A program made the position numbers and the translations under genes. DNA of 63,704 nt, filler included, from Octopus bimaculoides (Eukaryota), in assembly GCF_001194135.2 (NCBI RefSeq). It is 3 parts of 3 records of this genome, joined end to end, with 100 filler letters (N's around TTAATTAATTAA, not from the genome) between each part and the next. Parts side by side here need not be neighbours in the genome. Positions count along the whole stretch, not along the records: positions 1 to 29,152 come from NC_068983.1; 2 more parts are not named here. One strand, given 5' to 3'. The notes beneath the pieces were generated by a model. That model was not told where the DNA came from. It saw only the letters and a program-made list of their open reading frames with translations, and did not search any database. The stretch's first letter is position 1. Each line of letters opens with the position of its first letter. This document shows positions 11,526 to 23,582 of this stretch, one piece after another.

Positions 11526-13407
11526 TCTATGTGTGTATGTTATTTAGTTTTATTTCAAGANNNNNNNNNNNNNNNNNNNNNNNNNNNNNNNNNNNNNNNN
11601 NNNNNNNNNNNNNNNNNNNNNNNNNNNNNNNNNNNNNNNNNNNNNNNNNNNNNNNNNNNNNNNNNNNNNNNNNNNNNNNNNNNNNNNNNNNNNNNNNNNN
11701 NNNNNNNNNNNNNNNNNNNNNNNNNNNNNNNNNNNNNNNNNNNNNNNNNNNNNNNNNNNNNNNNNNNNNNNNNNNNNNNNNNNNNNNNNNNNNNNNNNNN
11801 NNNNNNNNNNNNNNNNNNNNNNNNNNNNNNNNNNNNNNNNNNNNNNNNNNNNNNNNNNNNNNNNNNNNNNNNNNNNNNNNNNNNNNNNNNNNNNNNNNNN
11901 NNNNNNNNNNNNNNNNNNNNNNNNNNNNNNNNNNNNNNNNNNNNNNNNNNNNNNNNNNNNNNNNNNNNNNNNNNNNNNNNNNNNNNNNNNNNNNNNNNNN
12001 NNNNNNNNNNNNNNNNNNNNNNNNNNNNNNNNNNNNNNNNNNNNNNNNNATGTATGCACGCATGTGTGTATGTATGCATATGTATGTGTGTATGGATGGA
12101 TGGATGAATGGATGGACGTTTGTATGTGTGGGTATGTATGTTTATGTATGTATGTATACAGGCATGCATGTGTGTATGCGTGCATGTATATGTGTGCGTG
12201 TGTATGTATGCATGTATGCATGTGTGTGTATGTATATATGTATGCACGCATATGAATGTATGCATGTAAGTATGTATGTATGCATGTATGTATGTGTGTG
12301 TGCATATGTGTGTATGTATGTATCCATGTATGTATGTATGAATGTATGTATGTGTGTATATATATGTATGCATGTATCTATGTATGTATATGTGTGTGTG
12401 TGTATGTGTGTGTATGTATGCATGCATGTATGTATATACACATGCATGTGTGTGTACATATGTATGTATACATACGTGTGTGATGTATGGCATTTGGCAA
12501 CCGATGTAAACATTTGAAGAACCAGGATGCTGGTTCCATGTGCAACATTTAATATGCAAAGCAATTAATTATTTTGAGATTCCAGTTTGATAATGGTGGG
12601 TCCACAAAGTCAACTGTTTTCCCATCCATTCAGAAGTGTTTCTTTGATTCGTCTTCCAGTCACGTTTCTTAAATTCTTCTTCCAATTCATTGACATTATA
12701 ACAAATAAAACAGCTGAAAGAAAATACAAAGCCACAAATCGCTCGGAGAGAAATCTGATTAAAACGAAACATGTAATAAAGGATGAAGGGATATTAATCG
12801 CTTGACCTCACATCAAGGAATGCTGAAGTTATCCAAGTTGACCTATAAAAATGAATNNNNNNNNNNNNNNNNNNNNNNNNNNNNNNNNNNNNNNNNNNNN
12901 NNNNNNNNNNNNNNNNNNNNNNNNNNNNNNNNNNNNNNNNNNNNNNNNNNNNNNNNNNNNNNNNNNNNNNNNNNNNNNNNNNNNNNNNNNNNNNNNNNNN
13001 NNNNNNNNNNNNNNNNNNNNNNNNNNNNNNNNNNNNNNNNNNNNNNNNNNNNNNNNNNNNNNNNNNNNNNNNNNNNNNNNNNNNNNNNNNNNNNNNNNNN
13101 NNNNNNNNNNNNNNNNNNNNNNNNNNNNNNNNNNNNNNNNNNNNNNNNNNNNNNNGACCTCACATCAAGGAATGCTGAAGTTATCCAAGTTGACCTATAA
13201 AAATGAATTCATGCATTACAATCATAAAGAATAGAACGAGGCCGACTAAATATTTCAATATCATAAATTCAGTTTCAATATTACTAGAGATGGAACAAAA
13301 CTGATAAGCCCATGTTAAAATAGAGTTGACAAGATTTATAAATATAATTATTTGAATTATGATTTTGTTGTGCAAGAAACTATTTTCGAGCAGGTTTTGA
13401 GATATTT

Positions 13408-13715
13408 ACATTATTTACATTATTTACATTTGATAGATATTTGTCCTCATCTTGTTTGTTGTTAACACAACATTTCGGCTGATATACCCTCCAGCCTTCA
13501 TCAGGTGTCTTGGGGAAATTTAAAACCTGGGTTCTCATTATTCAGGTTACAGTCTGGAAATGAACTCAGAATCCTGCAGTTAGTAGCCCGTGCTCTTAAC
13601 CACTATGCCATAAGCCCGTTGTGTTAACAACAAACAAGATGACAAATATCCATCAAATGTAAATAATGTAAATAATGTACATAATTCCTCATCTCTTAAA
13701 TACAGAACTGTATTA
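13408..13715 (-). mobile_element. tRNA-headed, hammerhead-ribozyme-bearing non-autonomous element, head-to-head inverted insertion (copy 1)
   Basis: Minus: A box TGGCATAGTGG (13600-13610), B box GAGTTCATTTCC (13556-13567), hammerhead 13464-13509; inverted arm from 13617; 9-bp TSD GAGATATTT at 13399-13407 and 13716-13724. Confidence 0.85.
13464..13509 (-). ncRNA. Minimal type I hammerhead ribozyme (C15.2>U in this copy)
   Basis: gacac-CUGAUGA-a-GGCUG gagggtatat CAGCC-GAAA-U-GUU-gtgtt; stem I gacac/gtgtt, stem II 5 bp. Confidence 0.75.
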
Positions 13716-14254
13716 GAGATATTTGTTTTGCTTTTTCCTTTTTGTTTTTTTGGGGGGTTTGTTTTTTTTGCTATGAGTCTTCAGGTCAACCTTGATTGAA
13801 TAAACTTAGGATCAAAGACTCATGATATTTGTGTTAATCACCTCTAGACCCTGCTGTTAATGGTGCTTTTGCATCTAATACTGTTTGCAGCTACCTTTCT
13901 CATTCTTTTTCTATCCTCTCTCTGAAAAATAGGCCATCATGTGGTTTGTACTGCTACATGTGTAACAACTGGGTCTTTTCCTCTGAACCACTAGTCTGAC
14001 TGACTTTCTGTTTACTCTCACAATATAACTCTAAGAGAAACTTGCCTTTGAGGATTATCAGGTCCTGAATTTCAAAGCAGACCCTAGTATTGCTACAAGT
14101 CATCTCCACCTTTACTTCCTACCAGTGGCCTGGGAACAAAATTTGCTTAGGGGGTGCAAACTCAGTTCCAAAATTTGGCACNNNNNNNNNNGTCCAACCC
14201 ATGCCAGCATAGAAAACGGATGTTAAACGATGATGATGATGCATCTATGTGTGT

Positions 14255-14450
14255 ATGTTATTTAGTTTTATTTCAAGATTCCTTAGCACTAGCGAAAAAG
14301 TCAGTCTCTAACCTAGATCCAAGGTTCCTTCATTGGTATTTAACATCAGCAGGGTAGTTGTGCATTCATGTGTGCACATGTACAACTATTTGGAGTCAGT
14401 GCATGTGCAGATCTGTGTGTTTTGCTTTAGGCATGCATATAAGTATTATG
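14255..14450 (-). mobile_element. 3' UTR end of the (ATAC)n-associated REL LINE family
   Basis: TTTATTTCAAGA..TCTAACCTAGATCCAAGG.TCCTTCATTGG matches 15602-15712 and 32605-32718. Confidence 0.65.
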
Positions 14451-15601
14451 TGTATATGTATGCATATGTATGTATGGATGTATGGGTGGATGGATGGATG
14501 AATGGATGGATGTTTGCATGTGTGGGTATGTATGTTTATGTATGTATGTATACATGCATGCATGTGCGNNNNNNNNNNNNNNNNNNNNNNNNNNNNNNNN
14601 NNNNNNNNNNNNNNNNNNNNNNNNNNNNNNNNNNNNNNNNNNNNNNNNNNNNNNNNNNNNNNNNNNNNCAAATCCACTCACAGGGCTTTGGTTGGCCCAA
14701 GGCTATAGCAGAAGACACATGCCCAAAGTGCCACACAGTGGGATTGAACCCAGAACTATGTGGTTGGGAAGAAAGCTTCTTACTGCACCGCCACGCCTCT
14801 TCCAATTCATTAAATTTAGGTGTTGCAAATCAGTACATTTTGTTCATTTTTGAAAAATCCCATCATTTCCAGGCTTTTAATTTAAATCCACCAGAATTAA
14901 TCATTAAAAGTAATTAAAAATAATTAATTTTTCTCATTATTATGAGTGTAAATTTTCATTAAATACAATTTCTTGGTCTGCTGCAATAAATATAGCACCA
15001 CCCACTTTACTATTTGTTTTCAAGCAGTGGGCGTCCCTGGGTGTTAGTAGTACGTCATTGACAAAAAAAAGGCTGGTGGGTAACATCTATTTTTCTCTTC
15101 TTTGTTGATCCAAGCTAGGCATTTCCGCTGCTGAGTTGACAAAGGATTCATTGATAAGACTAACAGCAGCAGTACATATCAGCTGTTACCATGTATGTAT
15201 GTATGTATGTATGTATGTATGTATGTATGTATGTATGTATGTATGTATGTATGTATGTATGCATGTATGTAGGCTTGTATGTGTGTGTATGTATGTGTAT
15301 GTACGTATGTATGCATGTATGTATATCTCTATATGTGTGTATGTATGTATGTATGTACATATGCATGTATGTATCTTTGTGTATGTCTGTGAACATTTGT
15401 GTATGTATGTATGCTTGTTTGTAATATGTGTGTGTAAGTATATATGTGTAAGTATGTATGTATGTGTATGTGTGCATACATATTTGTATACATATGTATG
15501 TATATGTATGTGCATGGTTNNNNNNNNNNGTATCTGTGCATGTATATGTATTTTTGTGAATATATCTGTAAGTGTATGTATGTATGTGTGTATGTATGTT
15601 T

Positions 15602-16153
15602 GTCATTATTCAGTTTATTTCAAGATTTCTTTCCAATAGAGAAAGAACCAGTTTCTAACCTAGATCCAAGGCTCCTTCATTGGAATTTCAACATCAACAA
15701 CAGAGTATTTTTGTATGTATGTATGTATGTATGTATGTATGTGCAGATTTGTATGTTTTATATATGTATTCTCATGCATATAGTCACATATCTAGACATG
15801 CTCATATATATTTAAATGATAAACTTCTGGAATGTTTTACAGACTTTTACAGTTCCAGTGATGGTTTAAATCTGTAGTCTTCGAATGAGCTTTCTCGTTT
15901 CAGGTTTTGGGAAACCTAATTTCTCAAAATTGATATTACATATCCCAAGGCTCCAATAATTACAGATATAAACCTGAGCTTGTAATCCGGATAGAGTAAC
16001 TTCAAATTTCTCAATTGTTCAGCATAGGCGTTCTCTTTTTCACTGATCTTCAGCTTTATGTTAACATCTGCTGGGCAACTAATTTCCACAACTGTACACA
16101 GTTTCTCTTCTCTATCCCAAATCATTATATCAGGTCTGTTGTGCTTAAACTTT
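15602..16153 (-). pseudogene. 5'-truncated R2-group (R4/Dong- or NeSL-like) LINE: restriction-like endonuclease, stop, 3' UTR
   Basis: HNRPDIMIWDREEKLCTVVEISCPADVN..KISEKENAY..IIGALGYV and GTVKVCKTF: RPD..E..C..K PD-(D/E)XK motif; both junctions lie in (TATG/ATAC)n. Confidence 0.85.
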
Positions 16154-16859
16154 ATATGTATGCATGTATGTATGTATGTATGTATGTATGTATGTATGTA
16201 TGTATGCATGTATATATGCATATGTATGTATGTGTATACATGCATGTATATACATGTCTGTGTATGCATGTATATGTGTCTATGTAAATGTACATAAGTA
16301 TCAATCTGTATATATATGTGTGTATGTACGTGTATGTAATACTTCCGTTTTAATCCTTATTTTTTTTACAGGTTTCAGTCACTGGGCTGCGACCATGCTG
16401 GGGCACCACCTTGAACATGTCAATCAATGAAACGAGTACTTATTTTAAATCTGGTACTTATTTTGTTGATCTGTTTTTATTGAACAACTAAGTCTAAGCA
16501 ATGCACCACCAGTTGCTTAACAGCAAGAGACAAATACACACTCACCATGCCTTTACTACATACACACACACGCACACATGAATTATGTATTTTTCTGCCT
16601 TTAAGAGCCACATTTTTTCCTCCCTCCAACTTCCGGTCAGTTACTCTTTGACCATGTAGCTATCCACATGCTTTACTTCTGACTGTCCATTCCTACCTCT
16701 TTTTCCTCTTCTCTGGACATTTTCCCACTTCCAATGAAATGCCATGCTTGAAACCTCATATTCTTGTAATTTAATAGGATGTGCCTGTTCATTTGACTTT
16801 TATTGTTTTTGTTTTTGGTCATGAGTTCCCTGTTCCTCACTGATTTATTTCAACTGAAC

Positions 16860-17505
16860 TTTGAGCTTCACAGAGGCAGTGACTGTGACCTTTGGCAATA
16901 TGTTGTGCTTGAGAAGACCTGTCAAGCCAAGTGAAATCGTAGTCATGACTGATGCTGGTGACATGTAACTGGCACCCGTGTCGGTGGCACGTAAAGAACA
17001 CCATTCCAGCATTGGGCTTCATGGAAGCAAAGTGTCTGAGTTCCTTTCGAGTGTTGGGTCTCACGGAGGCAAAGTGGCTGAGTTCCTTCAAGCACTGGGT
17101 CTCACAGAAGTGAGTTCCTTTCAGGCACTGGGCCTCAGGGAGGCAAAGTGGCTGAGTTCCTTCAAGCATTGGGCCTCACAGAAGTGAGTTCTTTCGGGCA
17201 TTGGGTCTCATGGAGACAATGGCTGAGACCTTTAGCATTATGTCATGCTTGAGAAGACTCATCAAGCTGAGCAAAATCACAGTCATGGTAGATACTGGTG
17301 TCATGCAAATGGAGCCCCATGCTGGTGGCATGTAAAAGCATCCATTACACTTTCAGTGTGGTTGGTGTTAGGAAGGACATCCAGCTGTAGAAACCTTGCC
17401 AAATCAGGCTGGAGTCTGGTGCAGCTCTTCTAGATTGCCAGCCTTAGTCAAACTATCCAACCCATGCCAGCATGGGCAATGGACGTTAAATGATGATGAT
17501 GATGT
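16860..17505 (+). mobile_element. Composite RTE 3' end with internal tandem array
   Basis: Two RTE end segments (GCTTGAGAAGAC..CAAGC at ~16907 and ~17247) separated by about six 32-42 bp units; ends GTTAAATGATGATG. Confidence 0.75.
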
Positions 17506-17619
17506 ATTTGATGTCATATAAGTCACTCCTTTTTTCAAAAAAATACCTCAAAACAAAAATCACCCCAAGTCCTATATGCAAATCACTTTAAATATTGGTT
17601 TTCAACTTTTGACAAAAGG

Positions 17620-18011
17620 TCAGAAGTTTCGGAAGAGGGTCGATTAAATCAATCCCAGTTCTCAAATGGTACTTATTTTATCGACCCCAAAATGATAAGA
17701 GGCAAAGTCAACATCAGTGCAATTTGAACTCAGAACCTCAAGATGGATAAAAATGTTGCTTAGCATTTCGCCCGGCATGCTAACGTTTCTTATTTCTTTA
17801 TTGCCCACAAGGGGCTAAACGTAAAGGGGACAAACAAGAACAGACAAAGGGGTTAAGTCGATTACATTGACCCCAGTGTGTAACTGGTACTTAGTTTATC
17901 GACCCTGAAAGGATGAAAGGCAAAGTCGACCTTGGCAGAATTTGAACTCAGAACGAAATACCACTAAGCATTTCACCCAGCGTGCTAACGTTTCTGCCAG
18001 CTCGCCGCCTT
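17620..18011 (-). mobile_element. Two adjacent SINE family A copies (old 17620-17790; younger ~17790-18011)
   Basis: Reverse-complement head ...CGTGCTAACGTTTCTGCCAGCTCGCCGCCTT and B box TTTGAACTCAG. Confidence 0.8.
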
Positions 18012-19094
18012 ATGACAGTCTATACAATTTCTGCCAACCAAATTCATTCATAAGGCATTGGTAAACCCAGTGTTATTGTAAATTACACACGCCCAAGATG
18101 CCTTGCAATGGAACTGAACTCAAAACCATGTTGTTTTAATGTGAACATTTTTAACCACACAGTCATGTCTGCCACTGCAAAGAAGCTGGTTTTGAACAAA
18201 GAAACAAAGTTCACTTGCCAGAATGTAAATAGCAACAGTGAAAAAATATATTTTTAATTCTAAAAGAATGTTTCACACATTTTTACTCCTCAGCTTACAA
18301 ATTATATTTGCAAATTATGTACATCAAATAGTCACTTTCTCTGCCTAAAAACATACCAAAACAAGCATAAATTATTATTACAAATTTGAATTTGTAACTT
18401 GGGTAGAAAAAAAAACTGTAGGTTTTGAAGTGCTTGTCTATAAATATTCTCTTTCTCAGTAATTTTTCATGAAAATTTTTCCCATCTGCAGAGTTGCTAT
18501 TTACTATAACTATTCATAATTTTGCTATCTCCTCTGCTCCATGAGGTAGCCACAATTATGCATAATCAATGTAACATTACCTCCCATCCAACTACTACAG
18601 ATTTACACAGAATGCATTTTAAATCTTTCTTTCACACACATGAACATAGGTAAAAAGATAAATGCATAGACAAAATTACTTTTGGAGTTCTACAACATTA
18701 AGGGCTTAAAAAACACCTTTATAGAATTAAAACTACCTTCATGGATTTGTATCTTCATATATAATATGCACTTAGCAGTAATTCAGTGAAGATTTTTATA
18801 CCACAACGCAGGCCACCTAACATTCTTAATTACATTCAGATCAGGTTAAACAGACCATATCACAATGGAGAAAGCTTTGTAACATACATAATGCATCTCA
18901 TCACACAAACACACACATATATATATATATATGTTTGCGTGCATGCGTGAAATACAGGAATATAACTGAAAATCTGAATGGCTTTATGTATTCACTTGAC
19001 TAGCTCTAGTAACCAAATAGCTGAGAAATCTTCCTAAATTTACATCCTACCATCTCGAAAAGAATGTAAACCCTCAGATGTTGTTATATACTAC

Positions 19095-19570
19095 TGAGAT
19101 CAAAACTGAACCAAATTCGATGACTGGCACCCGTGCCAATGGCGTGCTAACAGCACCATCTGAGTGGGATCACTGCCAGAGTAGCGGTCTCACTTCCATG
19201 CCGGTGGCATGTAAAAAGCACCGTTTGAGCACGATTGTTTCCAGCTTCGCCTTACTGGCACTTGTGCCAGTAGCATGTGAACAAAACATTGGACTGACTC
19301 CTGTGCAGGTGGCACGTGAAAAAACACCATTTGAGCGTGGCCGTTGCCAGTACCGCCGGACTGGCCCTCATGCCGGTGGCACGTAAAAAGCACCCACTAC
19401 ACTCTCGGAGTGGTTGGCATTAGGAAGGGCATCCAGCTGTAGAAACTCTGCCAAATCAGATTGGAGCCTGGTGTAGCCATCTGGTTCATCAGTCCCCAGT
19501 CAAATCGTCCAACCCATGCCAGCATGGAAAACGAATGTTAAATGATGATGATGATGATGATGATGATGAC
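19095..19570 (+). mobile_element. RTE 3' UTR copy with (GAT)n tail
   Basis: Same sub-repeats and terminal CCAACCCATGCCAGCATGGAAAACG..GTTAAATGATG. Confidence 0.8.
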
Positions 19571-19782
19571 TACTGGTCATAATATGTTTCCAATTGTCTT
19601 TTCCATCTTAACCCAAACTGCTTAAGTAAATCGACTTTGGAGGCCTTCAAAATGGCTTTTCTGATCTCTTGGATTCTATCTGTTGTCTGTGAGCCTTGTG
19701 ATATGTATGGCCCCGTGGAACTTGTGCTTTTGGTATCCTACAATTACATTCTTCACTCTGCTTCATTTCCAAATCACCTCAT

Positions 19783-20160
19783 TATTTTTCTATCAATCAA
19801 CAGTTTTTTGCCGAAAAAAAAAAAAAAACACAGTTGCAATCATTATTTCCTTTCAGATCAATTTAGTTGCTGTTGTTTGCTCTAGATCAGCTCTGATAGA
19901 ACAGATCAACGATCAGAGACGTTCCTATTATGACCATCATGTCATTTTCTTGCGTAATTATGATATACTAAGGACGATACACTCACATTGAAAATATTCC
20001 TCAGTAGGTCATATTATGCTGAGAAAATTACAAGATGGTCATAATAGGAACGCCTCTGACCATTGATCTGCTCTGTCAGAACTAATCTAGAACAAACAAC
20101 AACTAAATTGACCCGAAAATAAATAATGAATGCCAGTCTTCTTAATTGATAGAAAACATA
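19783..20160. mobile_element. Foldback MITE with long imperfect inverted arms
   Basis: TCAATTTAGTTGCTGTTGTTTGCTCTAGATCAGCTCTGATAGAACAGATCAACGATCAGAGACGTTCCTATTATGACCATC is mirrored by GATGGTCATAATAGGAACGCCTCTGACCATTGATCTGCTCTGTCAGAACTAATCTAGAACAAACAACAACTAAATTGA. Confidence 0.8.
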
Positions 20161-21613
20161 ATTGACAACAGCTCATAATAATTGGCCAAGAGACATGGCT
20201 CATATCTAATCTCTGAAGTCAATATCTTTTTAAATACTTAGGTGGAACCGGTGACCGATAGTTCGATGACCCTTTTTACTAATTTGTAATGGACATGAGA
20301 CAAGCTAATTATCTGCCGACCAGTTTTCTTTGAATCACTTAAAAGCAAATCAATACTCCCTAACAACTGATTTGTTTGGCTTTGCATGTAGGTGGTGGTG
20401 GTGGTAGTGGTGGTGGTAGTGGTGGTGGTGGTGGTGGTGNNNNNNNNNNNNNNNNNNNNNNNNNNNNNNNNNNNNNNNNNNNNNNNNNNNNNNNNNNNNN
20501 NNNNNNNNNNNNNNNNNNNNNNNNNNNNNNNNNNNNNNNNNNNNNNNNNNNNNNNNNNNNNNNNNNNNNNNNNNNNNNNNNNNNNNNNNNNNNNNNNNNN
20601 NNNNNNNNNNNNNNNNNNNNNNNNNNNNNNNNNNNNNNNNNNNNNNNNNNNNNNNNNNNNNNNNNNNNNNNNNNNNNNNNNNNNNNNNNNNNNNNNNNNN
20701 NNNNNNNNNNNNNNNNNNNNNNNNNNNNNNNNNNNNNNNNNNNNNNNNNNNNNNNNNNNNNNNNNNNNNNNNNNNNNNNNNNNNNNNNNNNNNNNNNNNN
20801 NNNNNNNNNNNNNNNNNNNNNNNNNNNNNNNNNNNNNNNNNNNNNNNNNNNNNNNNNNNNNNNNNNNNNNNNNNNNNNNNNNNNNNNNNNNNNNNNNNNN
20901 NNNNNNNNNNNNNNNNNNNNNNNNNNNNNNNNNNNNNNNNNNNNNNNNNNNNNNNNNNNNNNNNNNNNNNNNNNNNNNNNNNNNNNNNNNNNNNNNNNNN
21001 NNNNNNNNNNNNNNNNNNNNNNNNNNNNNNNNNNNNNNNNNNNNNNNNNNNNNNNNNNNNNNNNNNNNNNNNNNNNNNNNNNNNNNNNNNNNNNNNNNNN
21101 NNNNNNNNNNNNNNNNNNNNNNNNNNNNNNNNNNNNNNNNNNNNNNNNNNNNNNNNNNNNNNNNNNNNNNNNNNNNNNNNNNNNNNNNNNNNNNNNNNNN
21201 NNNNNNNNNNNNNNNNNNNNNNNNNNNNNNNNNNNNNNNNNNNNNNNNNNNNNCCCCCCCCCCCCCCTCCCTCCATCTCTCCATGTCAATATTATGTACA
21301 CATTCAGTTTTGACTATTTTCCTAACGGAATTTTACAAATTTCATAGCAATAAAAAAATGTCCATGCATTTTCAAACTTCTTTTATATTCATAACTAATT
21401 ATGTGACAGACAAAAGTCACTGAAGCAATTATCCTCAGACATTTATTTTTTCTTGGCTAATTCTTGGATATGAGGATGAGAGCTTTAAAGGATATAGCAC
21501 TGGATATTTTCAAATTGTTATTTACTTCATGGTTTCATTTTCATTTTGAAGAGTGGAAAATCCTGACACACAAAATATATTGACACAAATGAAGACAATA
21601 TAATTTAACATCA

Positions 21614-21850
21614 AAGGCAACGAGCTGGCAGAATCGTTAGCATGCTGGCTGAAATGCTTAGTGGTATTTTGTCCGCCGCAACGGTCTGAGTTCAAATTCT
21701 GCCGAGGTCGGCTTTGCTTTCATCCATTTGGAGTTGATTAAATAAGCACCAGTAACACACTGGGGTTCATGTAATCGGCTTAATCCCTTTGTCTGTCCTT
21801 GTTTGTCCCCTCTATTTTTAGCCCCCTGTGGGCAATAAAGAAATAAATAT
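21614..21850 (+). mobile_element. SINE family A copy
   Basis: AAGGCAACGAGCTGGCAGAATCG..GAGTTCAAATTCTGCCGAGG..GGGCAATAAAGAAATAA end. Confidence 0.85.
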
Positions 21851-21864
21851 AATTTCGCATTTCA

Positions 21865-22183
21865 CTCTTTTACTCTTTTACTCTTTTATTTGTTTCAGTC
21901 ATTTGACTGTGGCCATACTGGTGCATCACCTTTAGTCATGCAAATCGACCCCAGGACTTATCCTTTGTAAACCTAGTACTTATTCTATCGGTCTCTTTTG
22001 CCAAACCACTAAGTTACGGGGACGTAAACACACAAGCATCAGTTGTCAAGCGATGTTTGGGGGACAAACACAGACACACAAACACACACACACGCACACA
22101 CACACACACACACACACATACATACAGTGGGAATGAATCCAGAACCATGTGGTTTGTAAGCAAGCTACTTACCACACAGCCAC
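21865..22183 (-). mobile_element. SINE family B copy, internally deleted
   Basis: Reverse complement of the 8.8/34.4 kb element including the (TACTCTTT)n tail. Confidence 0.8.
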
Positions 22184-22989
22184 GGGGGTTGTGTGGGTAA
22201 GAGGAAACTTCACCATAAACGTTTTTGCCTTAGAAAAATTCGTTGCAAGGCGCTTTGTTTTCAATGACCTCATCACATTTTTTTTAATGTTTGATGTTGA
22301 ATAAAAACTTTCCTATTCAATGCTTTTATAAAACTTATCATTATCATTCTTTTTCTTTTTTTTTTTTTTTTTACTTCTTTCAGTCATGAGACCGAGGCCA
22401 TGCTGGGGCACTGCCTTGAAGAATTTTTAGTTGAATGGATCAACCCCAGTACTTTTTTCTTTTTTTTTAGCCTGGTACTTATTCTATCGATCTCTTAAAC
22501 CAAACCGCTAAGTTATGGGGATGTAGATATATGAACACTAGTTGCCAAGGGAAGTGGGGCAAACACAGACGCAAAGACACTCACACATAGATATATACAC
22601 ATACACACACACACACATATATATCATCATCATCCAGTATTTTGCCTCAAAAAACTCCATCCAACCTATGCAAGCATAGAAAAGTGGACATTATAATGGT
22701 GATGAAGACGATGATGAAGACAGTGGTGATGATAATTACAATGATGATGACAACGAACAATGACGAAGACGATGATGACAATGATGATGATGATGGTAAT
22801 GATGATGACAGCAATGATGATGACAATTATGATGAACAACAACGACGATGACGATGACGACAGTGATGACAATGATGATGACGCCAACGGTGATGATAGA
22901 AATTCATTGCTTCATTTTCATTTTCAAAAGAGTTGTAAAGTTAGACACACAAAAATACATTGCCACAATTGAAGACAATGCATGTACAG

Positions 22990-23165
22990 CCCTTTGCTGT
23001 CACTTTTGGTTAGGAATCACACATCAAAAGCCTAAGTTCTGTAATTGACTTCTCCTCAAACATATTCAGAATCATTCTTCAGCCACAGAAATTCCTCAGG
23101 GACTTTTTCAACTCACTAATTCAAATGGATTTCTCAGTAAATCTAACATGACTTCACTGAATTCA
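22990..23165 (-). pseudogene. Possible hAT transposase C-terminal relic
   Basis: Frameshifted LLRNPF..EKVPEEF..LKND...FEEKSITE resembles the Charlie/GTF2IRD2-type PF...PEE.Q.E..LxND...F.EKS..EFW region. Confidence 0.35.
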
Positions 23166-23531
23166 GGAAAATACATACTGTGTGCTTAAGAAGTTTGCTT
23201 CCAAGCCAGTCTTGAGTTCAATCCCTCTGTGTTGTTCCTTGGGGGAGTGTTTGCTACTATTGCCCTGGGTTGACTAAAACCTTGTGAGAGGATTCAGTAA
23301 ATAGAAACTGAAAGAAGCCTATGGTATGTGTGTGTGTGTTGTGTGTATGCATGTATTTGTATATGTGTGTGCATGTGCATGTGTGCATGTGCATGTGTGC
23401 ATGTGCATGTGTGCATGTGCATGTGTGTATGTGTGTGGGCATGTGTGTATGTGTGTGTGTATACATATAAAAAAGTAAAAATATATATACATATATATAC
23501 AACAGATTTTAAATGATGATGATGATGATGA

Positions 23532-23572
<41 letters not shown>

Positions 23573-23582
23573 CATACATTTT

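Noticed and set aside
12569-12772. Minus exon-like segment CFICYNVNELEEEFKKRDW...
   Set aside because: Its acceptor lies at the edge of a dispersed repeat also seen at 9.6 kb; no homology recognised.
16700-16770. AATGAAATGCCATGCTTGAAACC possible PLE hammerhead relic
   Set aside because: Core too degenerate to support.
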